Source: Octopus bimaculoides (lineage: Eukaryota). From it: DNA of 64,000 nucleotides. Positions within the stretch are counted from its first letter, which is position 1; each line of letters opens with the position of its first letter. The stretch covers positions 21,624,800 through 21,688,799 of the forward strand of contig NC_068984.1 in assembly GCF_001194135.2 (NCBI RefSeq), read 5' to 3'. The notes beneath the pieces are model-generated. The model was not told where the DNA came from. It did no database searches and saw nothing but the letters and a program-made list of their open reading frames with translations. Both the position numbers and the translations under genes were made by a program. Below, piece after piece: positions 63,803-64,000 of this stretch.

Positions 63803-64000
63803 AAGGGTAGAAATTGATATTAATCAATTAAAACCAGTGGTCTAGCATATTAAAAAAATGCGAAGATTAAAATTATATTACATACAAAAATAAGAGGAAT
63901 GACCAGCAAAAGTGGACTCCTATATGCTAAAAATAGATGCCGACTCATCTAACCACGAAAAATACGTTCTCAGTAAAAAATTAGCGACACAACATATAGG
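63785..64000 (-). mobile_element. Pseudo-LTR-type terminus related to 34409-34620
   Basis: Shares aaattga.tattaat..aat..aaaaccagtggtctagcatat and gatgacca...aagtggac with 34426-34535. Confidence 0.7.

Overview
Repeat-dense, AT-rich, gapped eukaryotic DNA. It is most likely from an octopus or other coleoid cephalopod, judged from my recognition of three tRNA-derived SINE families; this is not verifiable from the window alone. I can support no intact protein-coding gene, rRNA, true tRNA or CRISPR array. Nearly all ORFs in the supplied track are translations of microsatellites or N gaps. Recognisable content: many SINE copies, decayed CR1/L2-group, RTE, RTEX and R4/Dong-type LINE fragments, hAT-type MITE pieces, and at least six Penelope-like element (PLE) remnants, several with hammerhead-ribozyme (HHR)-like motifs. 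The most interesting observations are: (1) a PLE 3' end whose pseudo-LTR carries a tRNA-like Pol III A/B-box head just upstream of a truncated HHR (27340-27731); (2) a minimal HHR variant with a CUGUCGA core (38521-38556); (3) a probable decayed HCN-like channel relic on the minus strand (17300-18124); (4) a 57/58-identical inverted repeat 4.5 kb apart (36727-41315); (5) a head-to-head SINE palindrome (46461-46935). All family assignments are from motif recognition by eye, not from database searches.
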